In this document: positions 1 through 12,648 of the stretch, one piece after another
Layout: every line of letters begins with the position of its first letter
Numbering within the stretch: the first letter of the stretch is position 1
Source of the DNA: Octopus sinensis
Lineage: Eukaryota
Direction: 5' to 3'
Length of the DNA stretch: 64,000 nt
Assembly (NCBI RefSeq): GCF_006345805.1
Contig: NC_042998.1
Location: forward strand, 89,652,001 to 89,716,000
The notes under the pieces: generated by a model
Seen by the model: the letters and a program-made list of their open reading frames with translations, nothing else
Database searches by the model: none
Told to the model about the DNA's origin: nothing
Program-made: the position numbers and the translations under genes

Positions 1-328
1 CAAAATATTATTCATTGACAAGCATTGTTTGTGTTTTGTTTTCTTATTGCATAAATATTTTTAGTTAACTGCTGAATGACCCATCAATTAAATATGTTAA
101 CATTAACCCAGGAACAGAAAACTGTTATAGTTTCGTATTCAAATTTTATTACACGTAATTACAAACCGAACATATATACTCACGCTCAATCATGCACGTT
201 TTGTATCTCCCTTTTTATTACTCTTACGTTTTCCAAATACCCTTACAAATAAATGTGTGAGAAAAATAAGTTATTAAACAAATCTATCATCGGTTTGTGG
301 CCATAAGATATATGCATGAGTATATATA

Positions 329-755
329 CTCTTTTACTCTTTTACTTCTTTCAGTCATTTGATTGCGGCCATGCTGGAGCACCGTCTTTTAGTCGAAGAA
401 ATCGACCCCGGGACTTATTCTTTGTAAGCTTGGTACTTATTCTATCGGTCTCTTTTGCCGAACCGCTATGTTACGGGGACATAAACTCACCAACATCGGT
501 TGTCAAGCGACCGGAGGGAGACAAACAGACACAAAGACAGACACACATATATACATATACATATATATATATATATATGACGGGCTTCTTTCAATTTTCG
601 TCTACCAAATCCACTCACAAGGCTTTGGTCGGCCCGAGGCAATAGTAGAGGACACTTGCCCGAGGTGCCACGCAGTGGGACTGAACCCGGAACCATGTAG
701 TTGGGAAGCAAGCTTCTTAATACACAGCTTCTTACCACATAGCCACTCCTGCGCC
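329..755 (-). mobile_element. tRNA-derived SINE, family A (octopus OK/OR-like; exact family name not verified)
   Basis: Reverse complement begins GGCGCAGGAGTGGCTATGTGGTAAG (box A-like) then GGTTCCGGGTTCAGTCCC (box B-like). It has an internal (TA)n and the tail CCAGCATGGCCGCAATCAAATGACTGAAAG. Homologous to 6740-7108, 24660-25040 and 32298-32648. Confidence 0.9.
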
Positions 756-2482
756 TACACATCTATGCATGCATATACACGGGCGCACACACACTATAAA
801 GTTTTCGACATTATAAAAATATATCGACCTAAAAGAGAATTGTATTACCCACAGAGAATTGAGTAGACGTTGTACAAAATTGTGTATTGCTTTTTGCACT
901 CGCAATTTTAAAACCTCCGTCAGTATCTATGGAAATTTAATCTCCTTGCAATTCAATTAATATTTAAGCTTTCTGTGCGGGTCGTTGAGATTTATATACG
1001 ACTTCTAATACACTATAAGGCTATATGGTCTTCGTACTATTTATTTTAAAACAGAGATGAGAAAAAGTCTCACTCGCTAACGATTTTGCTTGTGTCTTCC
1101 AATTTAAAGCAAATCACTGACGAAGGTTAAGTCTCAACAGCAAAAAATAATGTAATACCATTTTCATATCTGTATATTTGTAAAATTAAATGTTTATTCT
1201 TGTTTTTTTTTCTGTGCAGATGTGCCTATGTTACCTTGAAACTAAAATAGTTTTACGCCTTTGGTTTAAAACGCTGTGAACGCATAACCGAGAAGCATAA
1301 ACTCACTCTCTTTTCAAAGCGAGTTTATGTTGATTTATGATGCTTTATAACTGAAATTTGAGCATTTGTTACACCGGGTTCAAGTTCGATGAAAATGAAA
1401 TTACACATTTTAGGCCATGGTTTTGAAAACCCCGATTAGTTATATTGTAAGATATTTAAGAAATTAAAGTATTCTCCTAATTATAAACTCTTAGACTAAT
1501 CAATTTTTTTAGTATTTTCTAGTACATGATAGTTGAAGAGAATTGAGACGACCCTACTCAATCGAACAACATACCTCCGTACTTTTATTGCATGGAACAT
1601 ATCTTTAAAACTTCGTGAACGAAATAGAAGAGCGATGTCTGCGAGCATTAGATATAACAGTGTCAAAATATTCAGTGACAAGATAAAATGTTTTAAACCT
1701 ATCAGTTTCGGTTTCAGAAAGAAATGTGAGCTTTTGATATTTCTCATGAAATACTTTATCGAGTGAGTAAAATCTGAACGATACAAAAGCAACAAATATA
1801 TAACCTCTTCAATTCAGAACACTAGCCACATTTCTGGACAGGAAAAATGAGGGCAACTATTTGAAACGCGTAAAGCGTTACTGGAGAGATACATATGATT
1901 CTTTTATTTTCTTACTTCTTTTTTAACAAATACGGAATTCACTGTTGTCCTGTTGGCTTTTCACAAATGTGTAAGCATATGTGTGTGTGTGCGTGCGCAT
2001 TTACATGTGTGTACATATATGTTTTTCATATTTCATATTTACAAGCAATGAAAGATTGATACCTTTAAATACTACAAAAAATAGCAAATAAATCGCTGAT
2101 AGATTGTACGTTTTAAATAACAAAAAGAAGATACTCGTATTTCATGTCGCTATTAAAAAAATTCCAGTGAAAGCAAAAGCAATTTTACCAGTGAACTAAA
2201 TAGGAAAGTGAGATGTTATAAATACTTCCTTCGAAGCGTTTTCGTTTCGTGTCAGTAATCTGTAAAATACAACTTTAATCCATATTGACAAATAAATTCT
2301 TCTTTAAATTTGCTTATTCATTTTGTGCGCTATAGCATTTAAGTAACATGTGATACGGTATCCTGCATCATATATATATATACATTTCGTCCAATATTTG
2401 TGGACTGCCATATTAGCTTGGCGATAACTATTAATATCCAGTACCGCTGCCAAAGTCTCCTTTAGAGAGACTTAGTAATAAT

Positions 2483-2488
<6 letters not shown>

Positions 2489-2547
<59 letters not shown>

Positions 2548-2558
2548 CTCTCTCTCTG

Positions 2559-2636
<78 letters not shown>

Positions 2637-2640
2637 CGTG
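2489..2640. repeat. Compound microsatellite (TC)n(TA)n(TG)n
   Basis: Directly visible. Confidence 0.98.
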
Positions 2641-2789
2641 TATGTATGTATATATGTATATTGCAATGTGGAAGGTGTTTGTAGGCCATTTAAGAACGCA
2701 CAAAAACCGTTAGATTCCCTTCAACGTTTAAATTTCATTGGTGTCAAAATATCTTCGTCACTTTGAAACCGCGACTTGTTCTTAAATGG

Positions 2790-3815
2790 CTTTTTTTCTT
2801 TCTCTCTAGTTTCAGCTCAGAGCTGCGGCCATGCTGATGCACCGCGGTTTTGCTACACCGTTATTACTAAGAGCCTCCTCTAATATGTGGCACTTGGTGA
2901 AGAATGGAGTTTTATATAGCTACTCTCATTTGCACCTCTTGCCGTGAGGTAGGTTCATCTGGGACTCTCGACAGGAAAAGGTCCAGCTTTGATTTAAAAA
3001 CCCCTACATCTACTTTGTGCAGGTTCCTCAGACGCTTTGGGAGAATATTAAAAAGCTGTGGGCCCTTGAAACCCAGGCTGTTGCAGTAAATGGTCCTGAA
3101 GCGCGATGGCGTTGCTGGGATCTTTGGCACTATGCAGTGTCGTCACATTCTGGCATTGGTGTAGCTTTCAATGCCAAAATTTGTCACAATTCCTTCCAGG
3201 ATCTTCCAGATATATATTACTGCATACCTCTCCAGTCTTCTCTCCAGGGAGTAGAGACTTAGCTGTTTCAACCTTTCCCAGTAGCTCAGCTGTTGCAAAG
3301 AGACGATCTTCTTTGTGAATCATCACTGGATTGCTTCAAGGTCCGCTGTTAATTTCACACTGGTGGATGACCATATCTGTAAGCAGTAATCCAGGCGGTT
3401 GAGGACGAATGTCCACCAGAGGACCATCATGGTTTCCTTATCTCTGGTTCTGAATATTCTTAGGATCCATCCAGCCAGTCGTCTGCATTTTGTCGCCATC
3501 CTGGTCATGTGCACTTGGAAAGAGGTATCATCACTCATGTCGATACCCAGGTTCCTCACTGATTTAGGCTCTGGGATTGAAATTCCCTGTAGACCGGTGT
3601 ACCCTGTAAGTTTCATATTCAGTTTTGGTTGCTTGTAATGCAGGGCTTGGAATTGTTCAGCATTAAACTGCATATTATTATTCTCAGCCTATCTGTAAAT
3701 TGAGTCCAACTCCTGCTGCAGGTGTGCAACATCGTTGTTGTTCTGTATTTTCTGCGAGACTTTCGTATCATCTTCATAGCTTGCAAGGGTGGCTATCCGA
3801 ACACTTGAGGGCATA
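2790..3815 (-). mobile_element. 5'-truncated CR1-clade non-LTR retrotransposon (RT C-terminal part plus 3' UTR), inactivated
   Basis: Minus-strand translation gives ...LASYEDDTKVSQ (YADD-like RT motif), MQFNAEQF, VRNLGIDMSDDTSF, FVLNRLDYCLQIWS, LSYWERLKQLSLYSLERR, YIWKILEG and FKSKLDLFLSRVPDEP. These are typical CR1/L2-group RT C-terminal motifs, with in-frame stops. Confidence 0.88.
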
Positions 3816-3909
3816 TCTGGCTTACAAACATCTTCCACGTTGCAATTGTTTTTGTTTCAGCACATGATCTCAGATCAAGTCACTTGCCATGCAAGTACAC
3901 CTCCATAAT

Positions 3910-4151
3910 ATATGTGTGTGTGTATATGTATGTATATGTATACATATATATATATACATGTATATATATTTATATATATATATACATAAATATATATACA
4001 TATACATATATATATACATATATATATACACATATACATATACTTACATATATATATACTTACATACATACATATATATTTACATATATGTATACATACA
4101 TATACATACATATATACATATATAAATACATACATATATAAATGCATGCAG

Positions 4152-4185
<34 letters not shown>

Positions 4186-4222
4186 GCATACATACATATA
4201 TATATGCATATATATATATACT

Positions 4223-4261
<39 letters not shown>

Positions 4262-4320
4262 TTACATATATATATATATATAATATATATATATATATAC
4301 TTATATACATACACATATAT
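3910..4320. repeat. Degenerate (TA)n/(TACA)n microsatellite
   Basis: Directly visible. Confidence 0.97.
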
Positions 4321-4437
4321 ATCACGGGATCACGTGACCGACCAGGCCATCAGATGTTGCTACACATCGCTGGTCACAATGCGCTTCGCATTGTTTTAGC
4401 CTTCAAATGACGCCACCCCAGTGGCTAAACAACCAGG

Positions 4438-4440
<3 letters not shown>
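4321..4440. repeat. ~120 bp relatively GC-rich, hairpin-rich element embedded between (TA)n tracts
   Basis: Stems CAATGCG/CGCATTG (4377-4393), TTAGCC/GGCTAA and TGACC/GGTCA; direct repeat ACCAGGCC at ~4341 and ~4432; (TA)n on both sides. Confidence 0.5.
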
Positions 4441-4482
<42 letters not shown>

Positions 4483-4879
4483 CGGAGTGCACAACAAAAC
4501 ATCAACGATCTGACTGTCGCCTATACTCTTGAGAAGAGATGCCCCTTAGTCTTTTATACCAACCAGGCTCGTTCGAATTAGCTCCAGTTGCTGGGTAATT
4601 TTTCTTTCCTTTAAAAATATTTTAGAATGGAAACTTTTCATAGATTGGAATTTAAATCTTAATCTCTATAGAAATTTAATGTTTCAAGAAAACATTGAAT
4701 TTGAATTACTTTAAATTTTTACGATCAGAGATAACAACTCGGGCTGTAACTTCTGAGTCCGAGTCAATCGCATGTGAATGATGTCGAGAGAACGTTTGCT
4801 ACGAATGATATTTTTTGACAAAGGGCACCTCTAAGACGAACGCAAAACGCTGAACTGCGACAAACAACGGCAGTAATTT

Positions 4880-5045
4880 TATTCAGCTGAATATATGTCA
4901 TTGATTGGTTGAAATTACCTAAATACGACAACTTTAAAATGAAATAACTTCGTAAATATAAACTTTTCTCAAAAACGCTAAGAGTAAAAAATATTTTATA
5001 TGACATATTCTACCAGTATACGAAGTTTGAAAGTGTTTATTTACA
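4880..5045 (+). repeat. Dispersed repeat, probable DNA-transposon terminal remnant (second copy inverted at 13965-14120)
   Basis: TTCAGCTGAATATATGTCATTGATTGGTTGAAATTACCTAAATACGACAACTTTAA matches the reverse complement of ~14062-14117. The TTCTACCAGTATACGAAGTTTGAAAG block also matches ~13985-14015. Confidence 0.7.
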
Positions 5046-5660
5046 AAAAAATATTTTCTAAATTTGCCGGTCGAAAGGTATAGATCCAAAAACCTTGTTG
5101 CTATATACGGTATGCTCTGCCGTTTTATGTTTATGTCTGGTAATTTAATTGTTCCACAAACAGAAATCGATGAAATAAACACTGCGGTTGATATAATTGA
5201 CAAAGGACTTTTGAAGGCGTTTCCCCCAATGATTGAAGTCCAATAACTAAAACCAGTAAACGATACATAGACACACTGACTGACTGACAAAGAGACAAAT
5301 AGACAGATATAGGTATGATACTCAGTATCATACCTATATCACAAATAATGAATATGAATATTAAAACATGCAACAATCTATATATATATATACAGACAGT
5401 ATAATACATAAATTCCAAATTCCTGGCAGTATGAGATGGGTATCAATCTAACGTTTTTACGCTTTTACGCCTTGTTCAGATTTCGGTTACCTTCGCTCTT
5501 CATGGTACCGATAAGAAATATTCCAAGCTATTTATAAAAATGCCCTCTAACATTCACAAAGTTGTGCTAATCTTTTACGTATTGTTGTAAATTTGGTAAC
5601 CGTGAAAACATTATCAGTAAACAAGAAAATTATATATATTGACATATTCACTATTGCAAA

Positions 5661-5661
5661 G

Positions 5662-5760
<99 letters not shown>

Positions 5761-5802
5761 TACATACATACATACATACATACATACATACATACACACA
5801 TA

Positions 5803-5894
<92 letters not shown>

Positions 5895-5900
5895 AGAGAG
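5661..5900. repeat. Compound microsatellite (TC)n(CA)n(TACA)n(TA)n(GA)n
   Basis: Directly visible. Confidence 0.98.
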
Positions 5901-6273
5901 ATGTTTAAAGCATATGTAGTCTTAATGTGCCGTTACAACTCAGCTAATGTACATATCATTTTTACTACCATGATGAACTGTTTCATTTACGTTTGAGCCC
6001 TTATTAGAATACGTTTAAATTCCGAAGATGCTAAGAAGAAACTTTATACAGCCAAGCCGAAGAAGCATATTACTAACATGGTGATGTGTTAGTTTGTATG
6101 TCGGTGTTAGAAACACTGCTAAAAATTATTAATACTGGAATACACAATAAAAATTCTTTAAGTTGATTATACAACTTTCACTAACACACATACACACAAA
6201 CTCTTTCACTCTCTCTCTTTCTCTCTTTCTCTTTGTTTCTCTCTCTCCCTCTCTTTATCTCTCTCTCACGCTC

Positions 6274-6307
<34 letters not shown>

Positions 6308-6425
6308 ATACACACACACACACACACACGTAAGTGTGGTTGAAGTCAAATTTATTATGAAGGACAAACTAACTGGGACTTCACAAAATATACACGCAAA
6401 CAAAAATGCATATCAATATCCATCA

Positions 6426-6476
<51 letters not shown>

Positions 6477-6739
6477 CAAATGCGCGCGTGTGCGCTGTGT
6501 GTGTATACATGCATGCATACCTATATAATACATAATCCTGCAGCGGGTGACATTTGATGACTAAAAAGTGTTCGGCACTACAATTAGTTCTTTACAAGGA
6601 TCGCACTGTTGATATTTATCTTGTATATCTTACTATCTCCTTTCTATTCCACTACATTGCAACATTATATATAACTTAAAGACGCTGGCATATACACACA
6701 CATGCACGCATACACATACCTACAATATATATATATATC

Positions 6740-7108
6740 GGCGCAGGAGTGGCTGTATGGTAAGTACCTTGCTTACCACCCACATGGTTCCGGATTCAGT
6801 CCCACTGCGTGGCACCTTGGACAAGTGTCTTCTACTATAGCCTCGGGCCGACCAAAGCCTTGTGAGTGGATTTGGTAGACGGAAACTGAAAGAAGCCCGT
6901 CGTATGTGTGTGTGTGTGTTTGTGTGTGTCTGACAACCGATGTTGGTTTGTTTATGTCCCCATAACTTAGTGGTTCGGCAAAAAGAGATTGACAGAATAA
7001 GTACTAGGCTTATAAATAATAAGTCCTGGGGTCGATTTTCTCGACTAAAGGCGATGCTCCAGCATGGCCGCAGTCAAATGACGGAAACAAATAAAAGAAT
7101 AAAAGAAT
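6740..7108 (+). mobile_element. tRNA-derived SINE family A, near full length
   Basis: GGCGCAGGAGTGGCTGTATGGTAAG ... GGTTCCGGATTCAGTCCC head, internal (TG)n, tail GATGCTCCAGCATGGCCGCAGTCAAATGACGGAAACAAATAAAAGAAT. Confidence 0.92.
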
Positions 7109-7140
7109 GTATATTTATATACACACATAAATACACAAAC

Positions 7141-7218
7141 ATACATACATACATACATACATACATACATACATACATACATACATACATACATACATAC
7201 ATACATACATACATACAT
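7141..7218. repeat. (ATAC)n microsatellite
   Basis: Directly visible. Confidence 0.98.
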
Positions 7219-9536
7219 AGAGCCATCACGTTTAATTAAATAAAGTGAAACTGGAAACTGAAATCTCTGCGAATAGATAAGCTGAAACATAGTAATATAT
7301 TTTATCATTCTCTTTTAATCTTATTTTTCCCCCGGTGAAAAATGGAATGTTTCTTCTCTCTACCTCTTCCTCCCTTAAAAATATCACATCTGCCATTCGT
7401 TAGAAGGTAATTTAATTAGACATAAATACTGCCGTTTGAACTGTTCCCTTCACACTAAATATTTACTTAGTAACCAGTGCCAAATTTCATTGTTCAGAAA
7501 TAGTTATTAAACGGTTAAAGTAATGATATGTAAAATAAGTTTAATGTAAAAGTTTATACTGCATTTTAAAGTTAAATCAGTGTTGTCGTTAATACGGAAA
7601 AGACCAAGGATACGATTCTGAAAACAGATACGAAAAAGAAAAGAAAAAGAAAGAAAAAGGATTTGACATAGCAAAACACTAAGACATCTGATAAGGCTGC
7701 TTCTCAGTAAGCAGGAAATATGAAAAGAGAAAATGATATCCATTAACCGGAAAATGGTATTGACAAATTACTGAAGAAAATAAAGTATTCGCTTATTTTT
7801 TAACTTTAGACTTACTGTGAGTTTTTCATTCATTCACTCGTGAGATTATTGAATGCTGTACACAACCAAAACCATTCGTCAATTTCCTGTTTGTTCAGTT
7901 CTCATTTAACTTTCCTTTCATTTAAGTGATGAAGCATGTGTTCAGTTTTTTTTTTATATTGAAGGTGCAGCGAAGCAACAGTGACAAAATTGTATTCACT
8001 AGATTCTTTTTTTTTTTCTCATCGAACGTTTAGAAAAGTATTCCAAATGTACTTGACCAATTATTAAGGATTTATTTCGGGATTTCCAAAGTTGAAAATA
8101 AAATATCCTTAATGCCTGTTAACACGTGTAAAAAAGTCTGTATGGAATGTGTACAAAATTCGCCAGGGTACCAGTCTTTACCATCGATTTGACTCCAAGA
8201 TAATTATGCAGCTGTTGATTATACTGTAAGCAAAGTTGTAACTAATGCAAGTACTTGACATACTTTTAAAATATACACTCGATTTTAGCATCCGGTTTCC
8301 GGAACGGTCTAGACACTGGGTAGACGAATGAAGTTTCCTACACGTCCATACGTAATCTCGCCAGAATACATTATATACTCTGTTAGATAACTAGATTGCT
8401 TAAATAGTTACTATTGTCACTCATCTTGTTTTTAGTACCACCATCTACTGTTTCTTTTCTTCATCTTGCTGCTCATTGAAGAAAACTGAACATGGATAAG
8501 TCAATTCATTAGAAATATTTTGTGTCCGGATGAATTTGAGACATCTTTATAATTTGTTTGGCTTCGTAAAGTTTTTAGTACGTCACCCAGAATTATCGAC
8601 ATTTATGGTGAAACTCATGAAAGCGATACATGCCATGTCCTTAATTAATTAAAGATTTTAGTGCCTCTCATAAGAACATTAAAAGGAATGGGATTGGAGA
8701 AATAACATAACAGAAAACGAAACACAAGCGCGTGTACATAATTGATGGATAACTTTGCGCATGCGGATTCACGACAAACATATATTTAGCAGATTATCGT
8801 AGATTATAGGTATTAAGTATTACATTAGTATTGATTAAGTTTAATCTTTTCAATTAAGTTACATATAGCAGTGAGTTTTTATAGACAAAAATATGTATCA
8901 TATAATTGAATAGGTGATTAAAAAATACAACTACAAACTTTGTTTCTTCTCGTTTTTACTTTGAGAAAATTTCAACACTGGAGAGTAAAATCTAACTAAT
9001 CGTCAAGTATGAACACAATGCAAAGTAGGATTCCCAAATTGTCTGTCTAAAAATTATTTATTCAGTCAAAATTTCCAATGGAATCCATGAAACATCTGGC
9101 CATGAAACATCTGGCCATATCGGAGCCGAAGAAGAAAATAACTATTCATTTTTTAATTCAAAACGCAAGTAGTAAATATAAACACTTCAAATGCAGGTGA
9201 TCTCATCATTGTAGAAATTTATTTACCTAAAATCTTTATTGGAAGTTAAATGCATTTTAGTTTAGGTCTTTTTTAAAATCTACATTGTAATTATGACACA
9301 TTAGGTGGGCTAGATACAAAAACATTTTTGCAAGATTGGCAATGACATTTATCGATTGAATCTATACTCTGATATATTGGATGAATATTTTATCGGGATC
9401 AAATAAAATCAATACTGATTTCAATTATTCCATAATCATTTTGATTTGATCAGAAGTTTTCTTTCATTTTTCTAGTTCTTTTTCCTTTTTTTTTTTTTTT
9501 TTTGGCATAGTGCATTGAATCGATTTCAATATATAA

Positions 9537-9735
9537 AAGCGGCGAGCCGGCAGAATCGTTAGCATGCCGGGCTAGATGCTTAGCGGCATTTCGTCCGTCT
9601 TTACGTTCAAATTCCACAGAGGTCGACTTTCATCCTTCCAAAGTCGATAACACAAGTACCAGTTGAAAATTAGGGTCGATGTAATCGACTTACCCCACCC
9701 CCTGAAATTGCTGGTCTTGTGTCAAAATTTTTCAT
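9537..9735 (+). mobile_element. tRNA-derived SINE family B
   Basis: GCGGCGAGCCGGCAGAATCGTTAGC ... GTTCAAATTCC ... GGTCGACTTT ... GGGTCGATGTAATCGACT; many homologous copies in the window. Confidence 0.88.
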
Positions 9736-9964
9736 CAATATATTACTTTTACTGTAGTTACTGCTTTCATAGACTCAAAAACAAAATAATAATAATAATT
9801 GATCTCAGTACACAGAACATATGCAGTAAATATTGTATATGAATATGTTCGCAACAACTAAAGGTTCAAAACTTTACTAATTTTTTCACTACAAGTTACC
9901 GAACTAATATAGTACTACTTCCATGTGATCGTGTTTTGATCGCAAAAACAAAAGCCTATATTAG

Positions 9965-10160
9965 TTTCAGATTTTGGCACAAAACCAGAAACTCTGAGGG
10001 AGCGGGTAAGCCGATTACATCGACCCCAGTACTCTACTAATACTTATTTTACTTACTCACAAAAGGAAGAAAAGCAATTTGAACTCAGAACATATGTATG
10101 GACGCAATACTGCTAAGTATTTTACGCGGCGCGCTAACGTCTCTGCCAGTTACCCACCTT
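9965..10160 (-). mobile_element. SINE family B, diverged
   Basis: Reverse complement of the family B head and body (GATTACATCGACCCCAGT ... TTTGAACTCAGAAC ... CTAACGTCTCTGCCAGTT). Confidence 0.75.
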
Positions 10161-10991
10161 AAAAAAGTGCTCATACTATTTTGTAAAACTACAGAGTATG
10201 TTTATTTATTACTTCAACCTGTAGAAATTCCACAGGGTGTTAGCATATTTGAAAACGTTGTTATCATATTTAGTAAAGCAAGGAATTTCAAAAAATTCTT
10301 TTGAAATCCTTCCATTTAGTCAAAACTGTATGTTAAAATATAATCGAAATGAACTTGGAAGGTATTGCTTGTTTTCCTTTTTTGATACATTTGACAGATA
10401 AGGTGTGTCTTTTAGTTTAAGGAAGTAGAAGATGAATTAACAGGATAAAACTTATTCGTATATATATAAATATATACAAAAAACGAACTACCCTTTTCAC
10501 AGCCCAACCACCACCATGGCTCGGTCAAAGTTATTTACCAATTGAGATTATTTCCATTTCTTTTCATTTCAATTCAGCTCAGCTACATATATACTTGTAT
10601 ATTAATATATTTCTCTATCTGCATATCTGTTTATATATCTGTAGACTCACCTACGTACCTATCCATCTAGCTAACTAATTAACAATTATATCTGCATTCC
10701 CTTTTGTATCTGTCTACATTCATAATACCGATAAGTATTTAAACCAAATAAATAAAATTAATAATAGCGGTGCTCCAACAGGGCTACAACCTTTGGTCTG
10801 GAATATGTAAAAGATAAAAGTGTAATATTTGCTAAACTAATGTTATTTTCCTTTAATTTAACTATCTAGCGATATGCCTTTTATTGCATAAATTTATAAA
10901 TCATCATGATAGTGTTTCATTCTGTTAAGCATTTCGAGTAAGCCTGCGATTTGAACACACAAATGCAGAATAGAGACCTTCTCCTCCTCTC

Positions 10992-11029
<38 letters not shown>

Positions 11030-11540
11030 TCTCTCTCTCTCTCTCTCTCCCTCCCTCTCTTAATTCTCGACTTCTCTTTCCTTTGGTATATATATATATA
11101 TATATAGTTCTACATTCGAGTTATTACTACCCTTGGCGTAAGCGTAATACACGTACAAAGCAGTAACGCAGAAACATGTAGAAAGATATTATAGATAACT
11201 GAAACTATTCTATCTAGTTTAGTATTTCCTTAAACTTTATAGAATAAGAAGTATATTTTGAAAACATTTACCATCCCAACGCTTTTCAACTTCTCGACTA
11301 AATGTTTATGTTTGAGCGAGTGAAGGGGTATGGACGTTTGAAAGTATAAATGAAGGAAATTATTACCTTCAGGCCGGATGTGGGATTAGCACCGCACAAA
11401 CACCTTGATACGAATACACCTTTACTGTGTGTATGTGTATGTGTGAGTGTGTGTGTGTGCATGTGCTTGCGTGTGCGTGTCTATGTATTTATAAACATAT
11501 GTAGATATGTCTATATATATATATGTGTGTGTGTGTGTGT

Positions 11541-11585
<45 letters not shown>

Positions 11586-12489
11586 AAGAACATGTATATG
11601 TGTGCGTGAGACACACATGCAAACACATTGATTCCCGTTTACTTTACACATTCATTGCAATTGTGTGGGCGCACACACACACATACACAAAGACTGGAAG
11701 CTAAGTTTTACTTTAATCTACATTACTCAACTCCGATTACTAACAGTTTCACAGCAAACATATCTATTTATCATTTTGCTATTTTTCCTACGCAGCTGTT
11801 TAAGTCTACATCTTGGATTAGTTTTCATCATTTCCCGTGACACTCCAATGCTTTCCCTTCACCTTTTCTTACTACTACCACCTCTACACACTGTCAATAT
11901 AATTAATGCAAATATTACCTCAACCATCACTTCTATCTCTATTAGCATCAATACCACTATAGTCACCAAGCGCCATCAATACCATCACCATCGCCAACAC
12001 CATTATGAACTTGCATTACAAGAACATCATCATCATCATCGCCACCATCAACAGCAACAGTGTCTGGATATCTGACCTAGGTTTCAACTTTCAGACTGAT
12101 AAACTTCAGCTGAAGTTTCACACATGTTTAGGAAACTAAATACCAAGAAAACATAAAAGTAATCTTCTCGGCATAGCCACTTCATTAAACTTTTGGTCTC
12201 AATGAACTAATTAACCATCGAGAAAATCCTGAAGAGGAACACACATATAAACAGATGTGTACACATACAGCTATACGCACAGACATATTCACATAGAATG
12301 ACAGCCGGCCAGGCCAATCTGTGTATCATATCAAGAATAGAGATAAAAAAAATTGCTTTCTGCCAACGTATTGGTCGAAATGGCTTACATTCTGTCAGTT
12401 ATCTTGTCAAAATTTACTTTAATTATTGAATACGTATTCTGTGCCATGTGTAGCAGAAACCAAAATATCTTACACTAGCTTTGTTTGTG

Positions 12490-12648
12490 GTAAAACTGAG
12501 TGAGTACAATATCGACTTAGTCTCAAGGCTTCGATCTATCCGCGAAAGGATAAATGTAAAGTCAATTTTAGCGGAATTTGAGCTAAAAACCATAACTAAA
12601 GACTACTAGATATTTCATCCGGTATTCCAACGATTCTGCCAATCTCAG
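12490..12648 (-). mobile_element. SINE family B, degraded
   Basis: GAAAGGATAAATGTAAAGTCAATTTTAGCGGAATTTGAGCT ... AACGATTCTGCCAATCTC matches family B reverse complement. Confidence 0.6.

Noticed and set aside
1055-1239. Two-exon plus-strand fragment (1055-1125, 1220-1239) reading DEKKSHSLTILLVSSNLKQITDEDVPMLP*
   Set aside because: Splice sites are plausible but the peptide is short and unrecognised; not distinguishable from chance.
3875-4410. Many ORFs rich in IY/HT/CV/ER repeats here and throughout the track (e.g. 2431-2703, 22491-23216, 36215-37866, 51757-52116)
   Set aside because: Translations of dinucleotide and tetranucleotide microsatellites, which lack stop codons; not genes.
5064-5246. 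60-aa protein-like ORF (…NLIVPQTEIDEINTAVDIIDKG…)
   Set aside because: Starts at a non-ATG codon, adjoins a transposon-like repeat, and has no recognisable motif or convincing splice context.
11850-12070. His/Gln/Thr-rich ORF end (HHHHHRHHQQQQ)
   Set aside because: Matches the CAT/CAC/CAA low-complexity DNA also seen at 33660-33900 and 34400-34620; no splice support.
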